Positions 1 to 15,664 of a DNA stretch of 64,000 bases are shown here, in pieces. The notes below the pieces were generated by a model, which was not told where the DNA came from, did not search any database, and saw nothing but the letters and a program-made list of their open reading frames with translations. The translations under genes and the position numbers were made by a program. Source of the stretch: a virus. The stretch is from IMG/VR virus record IMGVR_UViG_3300021091_000014, positions 92,638-156,637 of that record. One strand, written 5' to 3'. The first letter of the stretch is position 1; every line of letters begins with the position of its first letter.

Positions 1-174
1 TTAAAATCGCAATTTAAAACAATAAGTACACTTAATGAATTGACAGACGTTGTGGAAACGGCGCCAGAATCTGGCCAGACGTTAGTTTACGATGCTACAG
101 TTGATAAATATATAGTAAAGAAACTTACAACAGCAGACTTAGACTTAACGTCCTTGGACGGGGGAACCTTTTAA
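1..174 (+). CDS. 3' end of a fibre-associated protein (partial), ends in LDGGTF
   Basis: Open frame 1 reads LKSQFKTISTLNELTDVVETAPESGQTLVYDATVDKY...LDGGTF*; the LxxLxDV...GQxLVYD repeat also occurs in ORF 175-2187. Confidence 0.7.
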   Translation, partial: LKSQFKTISTLNELTDVVETAPESGQTLVYDATVDKYIVKKLTTADLDLTSLDGGTF

Positions 175-2187
175 ATGTCAGAGACCATACTCCAAATTAA
201 ACGCAGTACCACAACATCAGTACCTGCAAATCTACAACCCGGAGAATTAGCATATACCAGTAACGGACAAGTTCTATTTGTTGGAAGTCCGGAAGGGTCT
301 AATACTGCTAACGTTATAGCTATTGCCGGGGAAAGATTTCCCGGAGTCTTAACTGCTAATCAAGCGTTAGTCTCTAATACCTCAGCCTGGATTGACAATA
401 TTCAAACAGCCAAGTTAATACTTGGACCTGTAGGAACATCAACAAACGTAACCTCTATTGTAACGGATAGCTCTCTAGCAAGCGTTTCAAATAATACATT
501 AGCAACTGCCTGGGCTGTTAAAACCTATATTGATACACAGGCCGGCTCTTCTACACTCGGCGGTCTTTCTGATGTAACAATAACCTCTGCTGGCAATAAT
601 CAAATATTAGTATACGATGCAATTAGTGGCCAGTGGGAAAATCATTCAATTTCTGGAACTGCAAATGAAGTAGAAGTTACATTTGATGGACAAGACATAA
701 CAGTTGGACTGCCTGATGCTGTAACAGTAACATCATCTATTACTGTTGGTACCGTTGGAATAAATGGATCATCTTTCCATGTTGGTAACAGCACTGTTAA
801 CACATTTATCAATTCTACAGCGGTAGCAATTGACGGGGTATTCTCAGCTGGCAATACAACAATTAATGGATCAGCAACCATTACTGGTGAGTTGATTTTA
901 GGTTCTAACCTCAGCGTTAATACTACTCATATCTCTGTCGGTAACAGCACGGTTAATACAACCATTAACGCTGTTAGTATTGATACAGATGGTATTTTAA
1001 ATGTAGAAGGCACTGCAAGACTCGGTAACACAACGATTGTAGGCTGGGCTAATGTTTCAGATACAATAGCTGTAGGTGCAAACGTTGTTGTTAATACAGC
1101 AGGAATTTCAATTGGAAATTCTACAGTTAACGCACAAATTTATTCTGCTAACGTTAATTTAAACGGTACGCGTTTACACGTTGGTGATGCAACAAACAAT
1201 ACTGTAATTACTGGGGTAGGAATAACTGCCACCGGCAACGTTAATATCACCGGATCAGCTAACGTCGGATCTCATATTCACGTTGGTTCGAACCTACAGA
1301 TTAATACGTCGACAATTACTTTAGGCAACTCTTCAGTTAACACGACGATTACATCCTCGTTTATAACTGTCAACACAGTATCTACTTCTAACGTATATGT
1401 TACCGGTAATGCTCAAATAACTGGCGATTTAAGAGCAGATAATGATGTAAGACTAGGTTCAAACCATACAGATGCAATTTCAATTCTTGGAGCTGTTAAT
1501 ACTAGTGTTGTTCCATTCAGTAATACCACATACGACTTAGGTAGTGCAACTCAGCAATGGGCTAATGTATACGGTAATAATATTATCGGGATGTATGGCA
1601 CGTTCCATAACGATGTAAGCATTAGTGGAAACCTTACAGTCACTGGTTCTTTAGTAACAATTAACGTTTCAACATTATCAATCGTTGACCCGTTAATTCA
1701 ACTTGCATCTAATAATACTGTAAGTGATGCTATCGACATTGGTTTCTTTGGCTCGTTTAACGTAGGTGGTGGCAATCACGAACACGCCGGTTTATTCCGT
1801 GATGCTACTGACGGCAAATTTAAATTATTTACTAATTTAGAGCCATCGCCAACTACCACAGTTGACACATCAAATAACACCTACACTGTTGCTACGTTAA
1901 ATGCATTCTTAGAGTCAGGTGCATTTATATCTAATAGCTCAGGTGTTACAATTACTGCAAACTCTTCCTCTGCAGTTAATATAACAGCTAACTCATTAAG
2001 TTTAAGCACCGCGCTAACAGTTCCAAATGGCGGTACAGGTCAAGCAACATTTACTAACAATGCTGTTCTATTAGGCAATACAGCCGGAGCATTGAAATCT
2101 GTTTCAAGCTCAACACAAGGGCACGTATTACAGATTAATGGCTCAGGCGTTCCTACATTCGCAATGCTTGACGGAGGCACGTTCTGA
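175..2187 (+). CDS. Tail/virion fibre protein with beta-rich repeats
   Basis: N-terminal ILQIKRS...PxxLxPGELA fibre domain, repeated VGNSTVN motifs, TYDLGS motif, C-terminal LDGGTF; late-promoter-like GATAAATA at 103-110. Confidence 0.75.
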   Translation: MSETILQIKRSTTTSVPANLQPGELAYTSNGQVLFVGSPEGSNTANVIAIAGERFPGVLTANQALVSNTSAWIDNIQTAKLILGPVGTSTNVTSIVTDSSLASVSNNTLATAWAVKTYIDTQAGSSTLGGLSDVTITSAGNNQILVYDAISGQWENHSISGTANEVEVTFDGQDITVGLPDAVTVTSSITVGTVGINGSSFHVGNSTVNTFINSTAVAIDGVFSAGNTTINGSATITGELILGSNLSVNTTHISVGNSTVNTTINAVSIDTDGILNVEGTARLGNTTIVGWANVSDTIAVGANVVVNTAGISIGNSTVNAQIYSANVNLNGTRLHVGDATNNTVITGVGITATGNVNITGSANVGSHIHVGSNLQINTSTITLGNSSVNTTITSSFITVNTVSTSNVYVTGNAQITGDLRADNDVRLGSNHTDAISILGAVNTSVVPFSNTTYDLGSATQQWANVYGNNIIGMYGTFHNDVSISGNLTVTGSLVTINVSTLSIVDPLIQLASNNTVSDAIDIGFFGSFNVGGGNHEHAGLFRDATDGKFKLFTNLEPSPTTTVDTSNNTYTVATLNAFLESGAFISNSSGVTITANSSSAVNITANSLSLSTALTVPNGGTGQATFTNNAVLLGNTAGALKSVSSSTQGHVLQINGSGVPTFAMLDGGTF

Positions 2188-2214
2188 TATTATAATTGAG
2201 TTTTAAGGATTGTA

Positions 2215-2415
2215 ATGGAAACTGAATTTATTAATGCTTTTATTGATAAGCAAAGAAAACTAATAGAAGAGTTAGTTTCAAAAAATCTACTAGCAGAGGC
2301 AAAGATCACTATCTTAGAAAAAAAGGTAGCTGATCTTTCCTCCCAGGTAGAATCTCTATCATCAAAATCCAATAAAAAAGAGAATGTGAAGCATGACGAA
2401 AATACTGGTGATTAA
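2215..2415 (+). CDS. Small coiled-coil protein, possible fibre assembly chaperone
   Basis: 66 aa, heptad pattern, AAGGA RBS, directly follows the fibre gene. Confidence 0.5.
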   Translation: METEFINAFIDKQRKLIEELVSKNLLAEAKITILEKKVADLSSQVESLSSKSNKKENVKHDENTGD

Positions 2416-4405
2416 TTTATCATCCAGACCTGATAGGCTTTCTTTTATGAATCAACAGCTTTCAGGTTTAGAGTGGGAGAGAATTGATGCTCTTAATGGA
2501 TATAATCTAGGACTTAATGATTTTAAATCTCTCGGGTTTACACCCTATAGCCAATGGACTGACCCACTTTTAGGTCGCAACCATACTAACACAGATATTG
2601 CTGCAATGATCTCCCATTACCGGGCATGGGAAAAATGTATCGAATATGACTGCCCGGTTTTAATTTTAGAAGATGATGCTGAAAAAATTAATAAATTAGA
2701 TTTAAATGAAATAGAAAATTTGCTTCAGACATATGATGTAGTGTATCTTGATCATAGAGAAATGGTAGAAGAAAAAACTCAGTATATTGATAAAAACTTT
2801 TTTAAGCCATACTACCCTTACTGGAATAGCGCATATGCTATTTCACCAGCAACAGCTAGAAAAATAGTAGAACTATCTAACTATAAAAATAATTTAATAC
2901 CTGTAGATGAATTTTTTCCTAGCTTGTTTCTTGTTGATTATAATGAATACTGCCTATCAAAAAATAAAAATGTAATTAATAATTTTAATAGTTTACAACG
3001 CATTTTTACCGAGCATTTTAGCTTATCACCAATAGCTTATAAGAATAAAGTATTTAAACAAAAACCACGCAGTGAGCTTGGTTCTGATATTGAAAGAGGT
3101 ATTTTAATGAACACAATTGAAAACTTGCACCTACTTACTGTTGCAACTGATATTACAAAACTAGGATACCTAAACAAGTCTGTTAATGAAATTGGAAATC
3201 AATTTGTTAATTTAGGACAAAATAAAATGTGGACCGGTGGTGACATGAGTAAGCCCGGCGGAGGAATGAAATTAAACCTGGTAAAAAATTATATTAAATT
3301 CCTGTCTGATAACGATATAATTTTATTTGTTGATGGATATGATGTCTTTATTAATGATGATAGGAATACTATACTTGAAAGATTTAAAGGATTTAATGTT
3401 GATGTACTTTTTGCAGCAGAAAAAAATTGCTGGCCCTCTAATGAATTAGAATCTTTCTTTCCAAAAAGCAACACTGAGTATAATTATTTAAACAGTGGTG
3501 TTTATATCGGATACGTTCATGCATTAAAGAAATTACTTGACCAAACTATTTCAGATAGTGAAGACGATCAGTTGTTTTTACAAAAACAATATTTAAAGCA
3601 AAAAATTCTTTCAACTGAAAGCCAAGTTAAAATAGCATTAGATCATGAAAATTATATTTTTCAATGTCTGGCTGGAGCTGAAAAAGAATTATCTATTAAA
3701 AAGAATAAACAGATACTAAACAATGCCACAAGATGCTGCCCATGTATTCTTCACGGGAACGGAGGCAGCAGCACAAAAGCAAAATTTGATAGTTTAGTGA
3801 ATGATATTTTAAACAATAATATTTTTATCACTAGAAAGACTTCAGTTGAAATGATTCATACAACTGAATTCAATGAAATTTCTCCCGGTTCAGATATTAT
3901 TGAAATGGATTTTATGACGCCAGAAAATTGTCAAAAGCTTATAGATCTAGCAGAACAAAATGGCAAATGGGAATCTATGTACGGTGATAAATTTCCAGGT
4001 CAAGAAATAAGGATTAGAGAATTTTCTATGGACTTCTGGAATGATTTAGAAGAACACTTTAAGAATACTATTAATCCTGTGATAGAAAAACACTGGTGGC
4101 CATTAATGATGTATGGTTTGAGAGATGCTTTTATTATTAAGTACGATCAAAAAACTCAATCTAATTTAAAATGCCATCACGATGCCTCTTTAGTTTCCGG
4201 GATGGTCAAATTAAACGATGGATACACAGGTGGTGAAACTTATTTTTACAGGCAGAATTTATCAAATATAAATACTTCAGTAGGAAAAATGATTCTATGG
4301 CCTGGGCAAGTTACCCATGGACACGAAGGTAGAACGGTACATACCGGCACCAAATACAATCTTGTTATTTGGACTTCACGACATAGAAACGATATTAATT
4401 ACTAA
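2393..4405 (+). CDS. Trifunctional collagen-modifying enzyme: GT25 (COLGALT-like) + PLOD/LH3-like glycosyltransferase + 2OG-Fe(II) lysyl hydroxylase
   Basis: aa1-236: VINLxxRxDR, SHYxAW, LILEDD, YWxxAYxIS, LIPVDEFFP, SDIE. aa239-475: LLTVAT, GGGMK, FVDGYDV, FAAEKNCWP, YLNSGVYIG, DDQLF, LDHENYIFQ, HGNG. aa490-670: FIIKY, HHDAS, HGHEG, GTKY (HxD...H facial triad). Confidence 0.88.
   Translation: MTKILVINLSSRPDRLSFMNQQLSGLEWERIDALNGYNLGLNDFKSLGFTPYSQWTDPLLGRNHTNTDIAAMISHYRAWEKCIEYDCPVLILEDDAEKINKLDLNEIENLLQTYDVVYLDHREMVEEKTQYIDKNFFKPYYPYWNSAYAISPATARKIVELSNYKNNLIPVDEFFPSLFLVDYNEYCLSKNKNVINNFNSLQRIFTEHFSLSPIAYKNKVFKQKPRSELGSDIERGILMNTIENLHLLTVATDITKLGYLNKSVNEIGNQFVNLGQNKMWTGGDMSKPGGGMKLNLVKNYIKFLSDNDIILFVDGYDVFINDDRNTILERFKGFNVDVLFAAEKNCWPSNELESFFPKSNTEYNYLNSGVYIGYVHALKKLLDQTISDSEDDQLFLQKQYLKQKILSTESQVKIALDHENYIFQCLAGAEKELSIKKNKQILNNATRCCPCILHGNGGSSTKAKFDSLVNDILNNNIFITRKTSVEMIHTTEFNEISPGSDIIEMDFMTPENCQKLIDLAEQNGKWESMYGDKFPGQEIRIREFSMDFWNDLEEHFKNTINPVIEKHWWPLMMYGLRDAFIIKYDQKTQSNLKCHHDASLVSGMVKLNDGYTGGETYFYRQNLSNINTSVGKMILWPGQVTHGHEGRTVHTGTKYNLVIWTSRHRNDINY
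4267..4274 (+). promoter_or_regulatory. T4-type late promoter inside the hydroxylase coding region, upstream of the collagen gene
   Basis: Exact TATAAATA about 160 nt upstream of ATG 4432. Confidence 0.5.
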
Positions 4406-4431
4406 CAAAATTGTTAGATGGATGATGCCAC

Positions 4432-7836
<3,405 letters not shown>

Positions 7837-7843
7837 CTAACTA

Positions 7844-10991
<3,148 letters not shown>

Positions 10992-11002
10992 TAATTAAGC
11001 CG

Positions 11003-11010
11003 TATAAATA
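11003..11010 (+). promoter_or_regulatory. T4-type late promoter
   Basis: TATAAATA in the intergenic gap before gp13, followed by AGGAG RBS. Confidence 0.8.
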
Positions 11011-11031
11011 CTTCTAACTATAGGAGTTAAT

Positions 11032-12003
11032 ATGGGCGTTCCTTCCTCTCGCGCAGAATTCAAAGAATATTGCCTTAGAAAACTGGGCAAACCAGTTATT
11101 GAAATCAACGTTGATGATGATCAAGTTGATGATAGGGTTGATGAAGCTCTTAAATACTTCTGGGATTATCACTTCGATGGCTCAGAAAAAGTATTTTACA
11201 AATATAGAATTAATGGTAGTGAATCAAGTAACGCTATTAATAATATTGTAATTAACAGCGGTGGTACCGGGTACTCAAACTCTCAAACAGTCACGTTTAC
11301 TGGAGGCTCTGGAGCACTTGCTAACGTATCAACTTACTCCAACGGCACAATAAAATCCCTAAATTTTACTTCCTACGGATCAGGCTACACTACTAGCTCG
11401 GCAGCAGTATTTTCAAACAATACTGGAAGCGGGGCTAACCTTGCAGTGACTGTTGGTGATGGCGCAATTATCCTACCAGATAATATTATTGGTGCAGTAA
11501 GAGTGTTCCCAATTGGCGATCCAACGGTTGGAACTAATGACATGTTTAGTATTCGCTATCAGATCGCTCTAAACGACCTGTATACACTTACATCAGTATC
11601 AATGGTTCCATATTATATGGTTATGCAGCACCTTGCGCTAATACAGGAAATATTAGTTGGCCAGCAGCCTATCAGATATAACAGACACAGAAACAGACTC
11701 TATGTAGATATGGACTGGTCTAAAATGAAAGTTGGCGATCATCTTTTAGTAGAAGCATATGAGGTTGTTAATCCTGATATTTTTACTGACGCATGGGGTG
11801 ATCGCTGGTTACAAGAATACGCAACAGCTAAGATTAAATATCAATGGGGTACTAACCTTACGAAATTCATAGGTATGCAGCTCCCAGGAGGTGTACAGTT
11901 TAACGGTGAAAAAATATTAGACGATGCCAAAGCTCAAATAGATAAGCTAGAAGAAGCAATGATAAACAACTATAGCCTTCCAGTATACGACATGATAGGA
12001 TAA
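11032..12003 (+). CDS. gp13: Neck protein gp13, with an inserted beta-rich segment
   Basis: YCLRKLGKPVIEINVDDDQ, DYHFDG, KYQWGTNLTKFxGMQLPGGV motifs; T4 synteny. Confidence 0.92.
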   Translation: MGVPSSRAEFKEYCLRKLGKPVIEINVDDDQVDDRVDEALKYFWDYHFDGSEKVFYKYRINGSESSNAINNIVINSGGTGYSNSQTVTFTGGSGALANVSTYSNGTIKSLNFTSYGSGYTTSSAAVFSNNTGSGANLAVTVGDGAIILPDNIIGAVRVFPIGDPTVGTNDMFSIRYQIALNDLYTLTSVSMVPYYMVMQHLALIQEILVGQQPIRYNRHRNRLYVDMDWSKMKVGDHLLVEAYEVVNPDIFTDAWGDRWLQEYATAKIKYQWGTNLTKFIGMQLPGGVQFNGEKILDDAKAQIDKLEEAMINNYSLPVYDMIG

Positions 12004-12012
12004 GGAAGAAAA

Positions 12013-13734
12013 ATGTCACTTACGCAAATTAGAACAGAAAGTCTTGCAGCAGAAGTTACAACTGCTATTGTAAGCGCAGCCGGGGTACCTCCTAAGATTA
12101 CTTCATTAGATTATCCAGGTGATGATACTGCAGCTGACCCTGCTGGAGGACAGACTGTTGTAATTAACGGAGCAAATTTTACAGCAAGCAGCACTGTTTA
12201 TATTAATGGTAATCAAGCTGGTGTTGTTAGCTACATTAATGCAACAGCTCTTTCCTTTACGACTCCAGCAGGCTCAGCCGGTGTTGTCTCACTCTATGTT
12301 GTTAACGCTGATGGAGGAACGGCTATTGCTGTTCCTGGTCTTTTGTATTCTGGTACCCCTACCTGGACAACATCCGCAGGCACATTAGGATCACCATATG
12401 AAGCTAATTCTTTTTCAGTAACTCTTCAAGCATCAGGTGACGGCAATGTTACTTTTAGCGTATCCGCGGGCAATACTATTCCTGCCGGGCTTACTTTAGC
12501 GTCTAACGGACTTCTATCAGGCACAATCCCTGCCACGGACCCTACTACAACATATACATTTTATGTTGATGCTATTGACGCACAAAATCAAGAAACTACT
12601 AGAACATTTAGTGTTACCTATACTAAAGATACAGTCACCTGGTCCTCACCAGCAAACGGAGCTGCTTATTCTTTTAATACAGGAGCTGCTAACACTATAG
12701 CACTAGAAGCAAATAGCGCGGCTGGAAAGTCAATAACATACACTATTCAATCTGGCTCATTACCAGCTAACGTCTCAATTTCAGGTTCAGATATTACAGG
12801 CACACCAAACACGGGGCAAAATAATACATCGGTTATTATTAGAGCTACAGCTGCTAGTACAAATAGATTTGCTGATAGAACGTTATATTTTACTATAATT
12901 GCAAATACACCTTATAGCCTGAGATATCCCAGCAATAATGCACCAGCACCACTGCTGCAGGAACATAACGGAACATTTGAGTCTGACACGTTTGGAGATA
13001 TTTTTATCTCCAGCGATGGTACTAAGTTTTATTCCACTCAATCATCAGTAATATATCAGTACGCCCTAAGTCCTGCATACAGCATCACTACCTTAACACA
13101 AACAAGAGTGTTTAGTGCAGGATCAGGTGTATCGGGAGTCTTCTTTAAACCTGACGGTACAATTTTATATGATGTAAATTATTCTACTAAAAAAATCACT
13201 CAGCGACCATTATATACTGCATGGCAAATTGGTGACGATGGATACATTAATACATCAGGGGTGAAAGAATTAAGTGTTCAATCAGTACAAAATTTTCCTT
13301 TTGGTATGCACATCTCTCCTGATGGGACAAAGTTATTTATTATAGGTAACGCTGGCGGTAACAAAAACGTTCACAGGTATGACCTAGGTACAGCTTGGGA
13401 AATAGACACTGCTGTCTTTAATTCAGGGACAACATTAAATCTTCCTACAGCATGGAACGCATGGAATCTTACATTTAGTTCCTCTGGTGACAAACTTTTT
13501 GTTAGTCAGGGACTTGTTTCTGGAAATAACGTTATTTTAGAGTATGGTCTTTCTACTCCCTGGAACCCTTCTACCGGAACATTAAACTATACTCTCGATA
13601 CTGGAGGCAGTCAATCGTCGGGATATCGAACAGCCGGACAAGGCGGTATATGTTTTAGTGCTGATGGATCTAATTTCTATATGGGAGTTCCTGCAAGCGG
13701 CACATATCTCTACAGGTTTAATACATCACTATAA
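12013..13734 (+). CDS. Virion surface protein with IPT/TIG, Ig-like and beta-propeller-like domains
   Basis: GGQTVVINGANF...VVNADGG TIG motif, IPAGLTLxSNGxLSGT Ig motif, repeated SxDGTK(F/L)...YxLxTAW propeller motifs. Confidence 0.7.
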   Translation: MSLTQIRTESLAAEVTTAIVSAAGVPPKITSLDYPGDDTAADPAGGQTVVINGANFTASSTVYINGNQAGVVSYINATALSFTTPAGSAGVVSLYVVNADGGTAIAVPGLLYSGTPTWTTSAGTLGSPYEANSFSVTLQASGDGNVTFSVSAGNTIPAGLTLASNGLLSGTIPATDPTTTYTFYVDAIDAQNQETTRTFSVTYTKDTVTWSSPANGAAYSFNTGAANTIALEANSAAGKSITYTIQSGSLPANVSISGSDITGTPNTGQNNTSVIIRATAASTNRFADRTLYFTIIANTPYSLRYPSNNAPAPLLQEHNGTFESDTFGDIFISSDGTKFYSTQSSVIYQYALSPAYSITTLTQTRVFSAGSGVSGVFFKPDGTILYDVNYSTKKITQRPLYTAWQIGDDGYINTSGVKELSVQSVQNFPFGMHISPDGTKLFIIGNAGGNKNVHRYDLGTAWEIDTAVFNSGTTLNLPTAWNAWNLTFSSSGDKLFVSQGLVSGNNVILEYGLSTPWNPSTGTLNYTLDTGGSQSSGYRTAGQGGICFSADGSNFYMGVPASGTYLYRFNTSL

Positions 13735-13753
13735 TAACTAGTGTTTTAGGATA

Positions 13754-14479
13754 ATGACAACTAATTTCTTCTTTAATAACTATACTAATAGTCAAGAACA
13801 GCTTCTTATAGAAGACCTTGTTGTTGAGTCTATTAGAATGTATGGTCAGGACATGTACTACATGCCCCGTGCATTAAAGGCTAAAGATGAAATATACGGT
13901 GAAGATCCCTCTTCAGAATATAAAGCATTTTATAATGTTGAGCTTTACATTAAAAACGTGGAAGGGTTTGAAGGAGAAGGCGAGTTTCTTAGTAAGTTTA
14001 ATTTAGAAATAAGAGACAAAATTACATTTACTATTGCTAAGAAAGTTTATGATAATGAGATAGCTGCAGTAGAGGCGACAACGAGACCTCAAGAAGGTGA
14101 TTTAATTTACTTCCCAATTAATCAAAAACTATACCAAGTTAAGTTTGTTGAGCATGAAGCAATCTTCTATCAGTTAGGCTCTATACAGACATATGATTTA
14201 CAATGCGAACTGTTTGAATACAGCGGGGAGCTGCTTCAAACAGGGCTGTACGAAGTTGACGATCTCATGGCCAGATACAGCTTTATTACATCGTCATACG
14301 CTCTTTATACAGAAGATAAAAACTACTTCTCTTTAACAGATGAGGATGGCTATAAGTTGTCTCTAGAGTGGGAATTGGATACCGTCGATCCTATCGCTGA
14401 CAATAATGAAATACAAGCAGAGTCCGACGCATTTGTTGACTTTTCAGAAATAGATCCATTTAGTACTGGAGCAATTTAA
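13754..14479 (+). CDS. gp14: Neck protein gp14
   Basis: EQxLIEDLVVESIRMYG, RPQEGDLIYFP, CELFEYS, DFSExDPF. Confidence 0.92.
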   Translation: MTTNFFFNNYTNSQEQLLIEDLVVESIRMYGQDMYYMPRALKAKDEIYGEDPSSEYKAFYNVELYIKNVEGFEGEGEFLSKFNLEIRDKITFTIAKKVYDNEIAAVEATTRPQEGDLIYFPINQKLYQVKFVEHEAIFYQLGSIQTYDLQCELFEYSGELLQTGLYEVDDLMARYSFITSSYALYTEDKNYFSLTDEDGYKLSLEWELDTVDPIADNNEIQAESDAFVDFSEIDPFSTGAI

Positions 14480-15291
14480 TGTTCGGTCAAACGTTCTATC
14501 ACGGACATCTACGTAAATACGTTATACTTTTCGGTACATTATTTAATGATCTTTATATTAATAGAGATGATGCTGATGGTGATCATATTTCTTCAATAAA
14601 GATACCAATTACATACGCACCAAAAGACAAATTAATTACTCGCAATGTACAGGACCCCAATCTAAAAAAGCCCTTCTCAGTAATTCTTCCTAGAATAAGC
14701 TTTGAGCTAACTTCTTTAAATTACGCCCCTACAAGAAAATTATCTACTGTAAAAAAAGGCTTTATTAAGCAAGACAGTTTAGATAAAAATCAACTCAAGT
14801 ATGCTTACAATCCTGTACCATACGATTTAAACTTCTCTCTTTATATTGCTGTAAAAAATACTGAAGACGGTACAAGAATATTAGAGCAAATTTTACCTTT
14901 TTTTACTCCAGAATGGACAGCTACAGTTAATTTAATTCCGGAACTAGATGTTAAATTAGATATTCCTACTACTTTAATAAACGTTACATCTGAAGATATT
15001 TACGAAGGTAGTTATGCCGAGAGAAGAGCGTTAGTTTGGACACTTGATTTCACAATGAAAGGTTATATATTTGGACCTATCAGAAAATCAGAAGCTATTA
15101 CTCTTGCAAATACAAACTTCTTTTCTTCCTTTAATACTAATACTGATCATGAAAACGTAACAATATATCCAGGTCAACTTGCAAATGGTAGTCCTACTAA
15201 TAGTGCTAACGACACTATAAATAGATCACAGATAACAGCCAACAGCAATTATGGATACGTAATTAATTATGAATCAATTAAAGAAGAGTGA
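14479..15291 (+). CDS. gp15: Tail sheath stabiliser/terminator gp15
   Basis: FGTLFNDL, PITYAPKDK, LPRISFE, PVPYDL, EQILPFFTP. Confidence 0.92.
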   Translation: MFGQTFYHGHLRKYVILFGTLFNDLYINRDDADGDHISSIKIPITYAPKDKLITRNVQDPNLKKPFSVILPRISFELTSLNYAPTRKLSTVKKGFIKQDSLDKNQLKYAYNPVPYDLNFSLYIAVKNTEDGTRILEQILPFFTPEWTATVNLIPELDVKLDIPTTLINVTSEDIYEGSYAERRALVWTLDFTMKGYIFGPIRKSEAITLANTNFFSSFNTNTDHENVTIYPGQLANGSPTNSANDTINRSQITANSNYGYVINYESIKEE

Positions 15292-15664
15292 TACCATAAG
15301 TCAAGCACTAGATCTTGCCCCTATAGAGATAGTTGAAGCAGAAAAGATCAAAGTTGATAATGACGAGATAAAAACAGACTTTGAGTATGCAAGAGGCAAT
15401 CTAATAAACATTATTGAGAAGGGCAATGAAGCTCTCGATGGCATTCTTGACGTTGCAGGAATGTCTCAACATCCACGCAGCTTTGAAGTAGCTGCTACTA
15501 TAATCAATTCTCTCGCTGCAGCAAATAAAGATCTTCTTGAACTTTCAAAAAGAAGAAAAGAACTAGAAGGAGAGAAATCTCCTACTACAATAAACAATAA
15601 TTTATTTGTTGGTAGCACAGCTGAATTACAAAAATTAATTAAAAATAATGGTACAAAAGAGTGA
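15269..15664 (+). CDS. gp16: Terminase small subunit gp16
   Basis: DFEYARxNL, HPRSFEV, NNLFVGSTAELQKL; position before gp17. Confidence 0.9.
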   Translation: MNQLKKSDTISQALDLAPIEIVEAEKIKVDNDEIKTDFEYARGNLINIIEKGNEALDGILDVAGMSQHPRSFEVAATIINSLAAANKDLLELSKRRKELEGEKSPTTINNNLFVGSTAELQKLIKNNGTKE

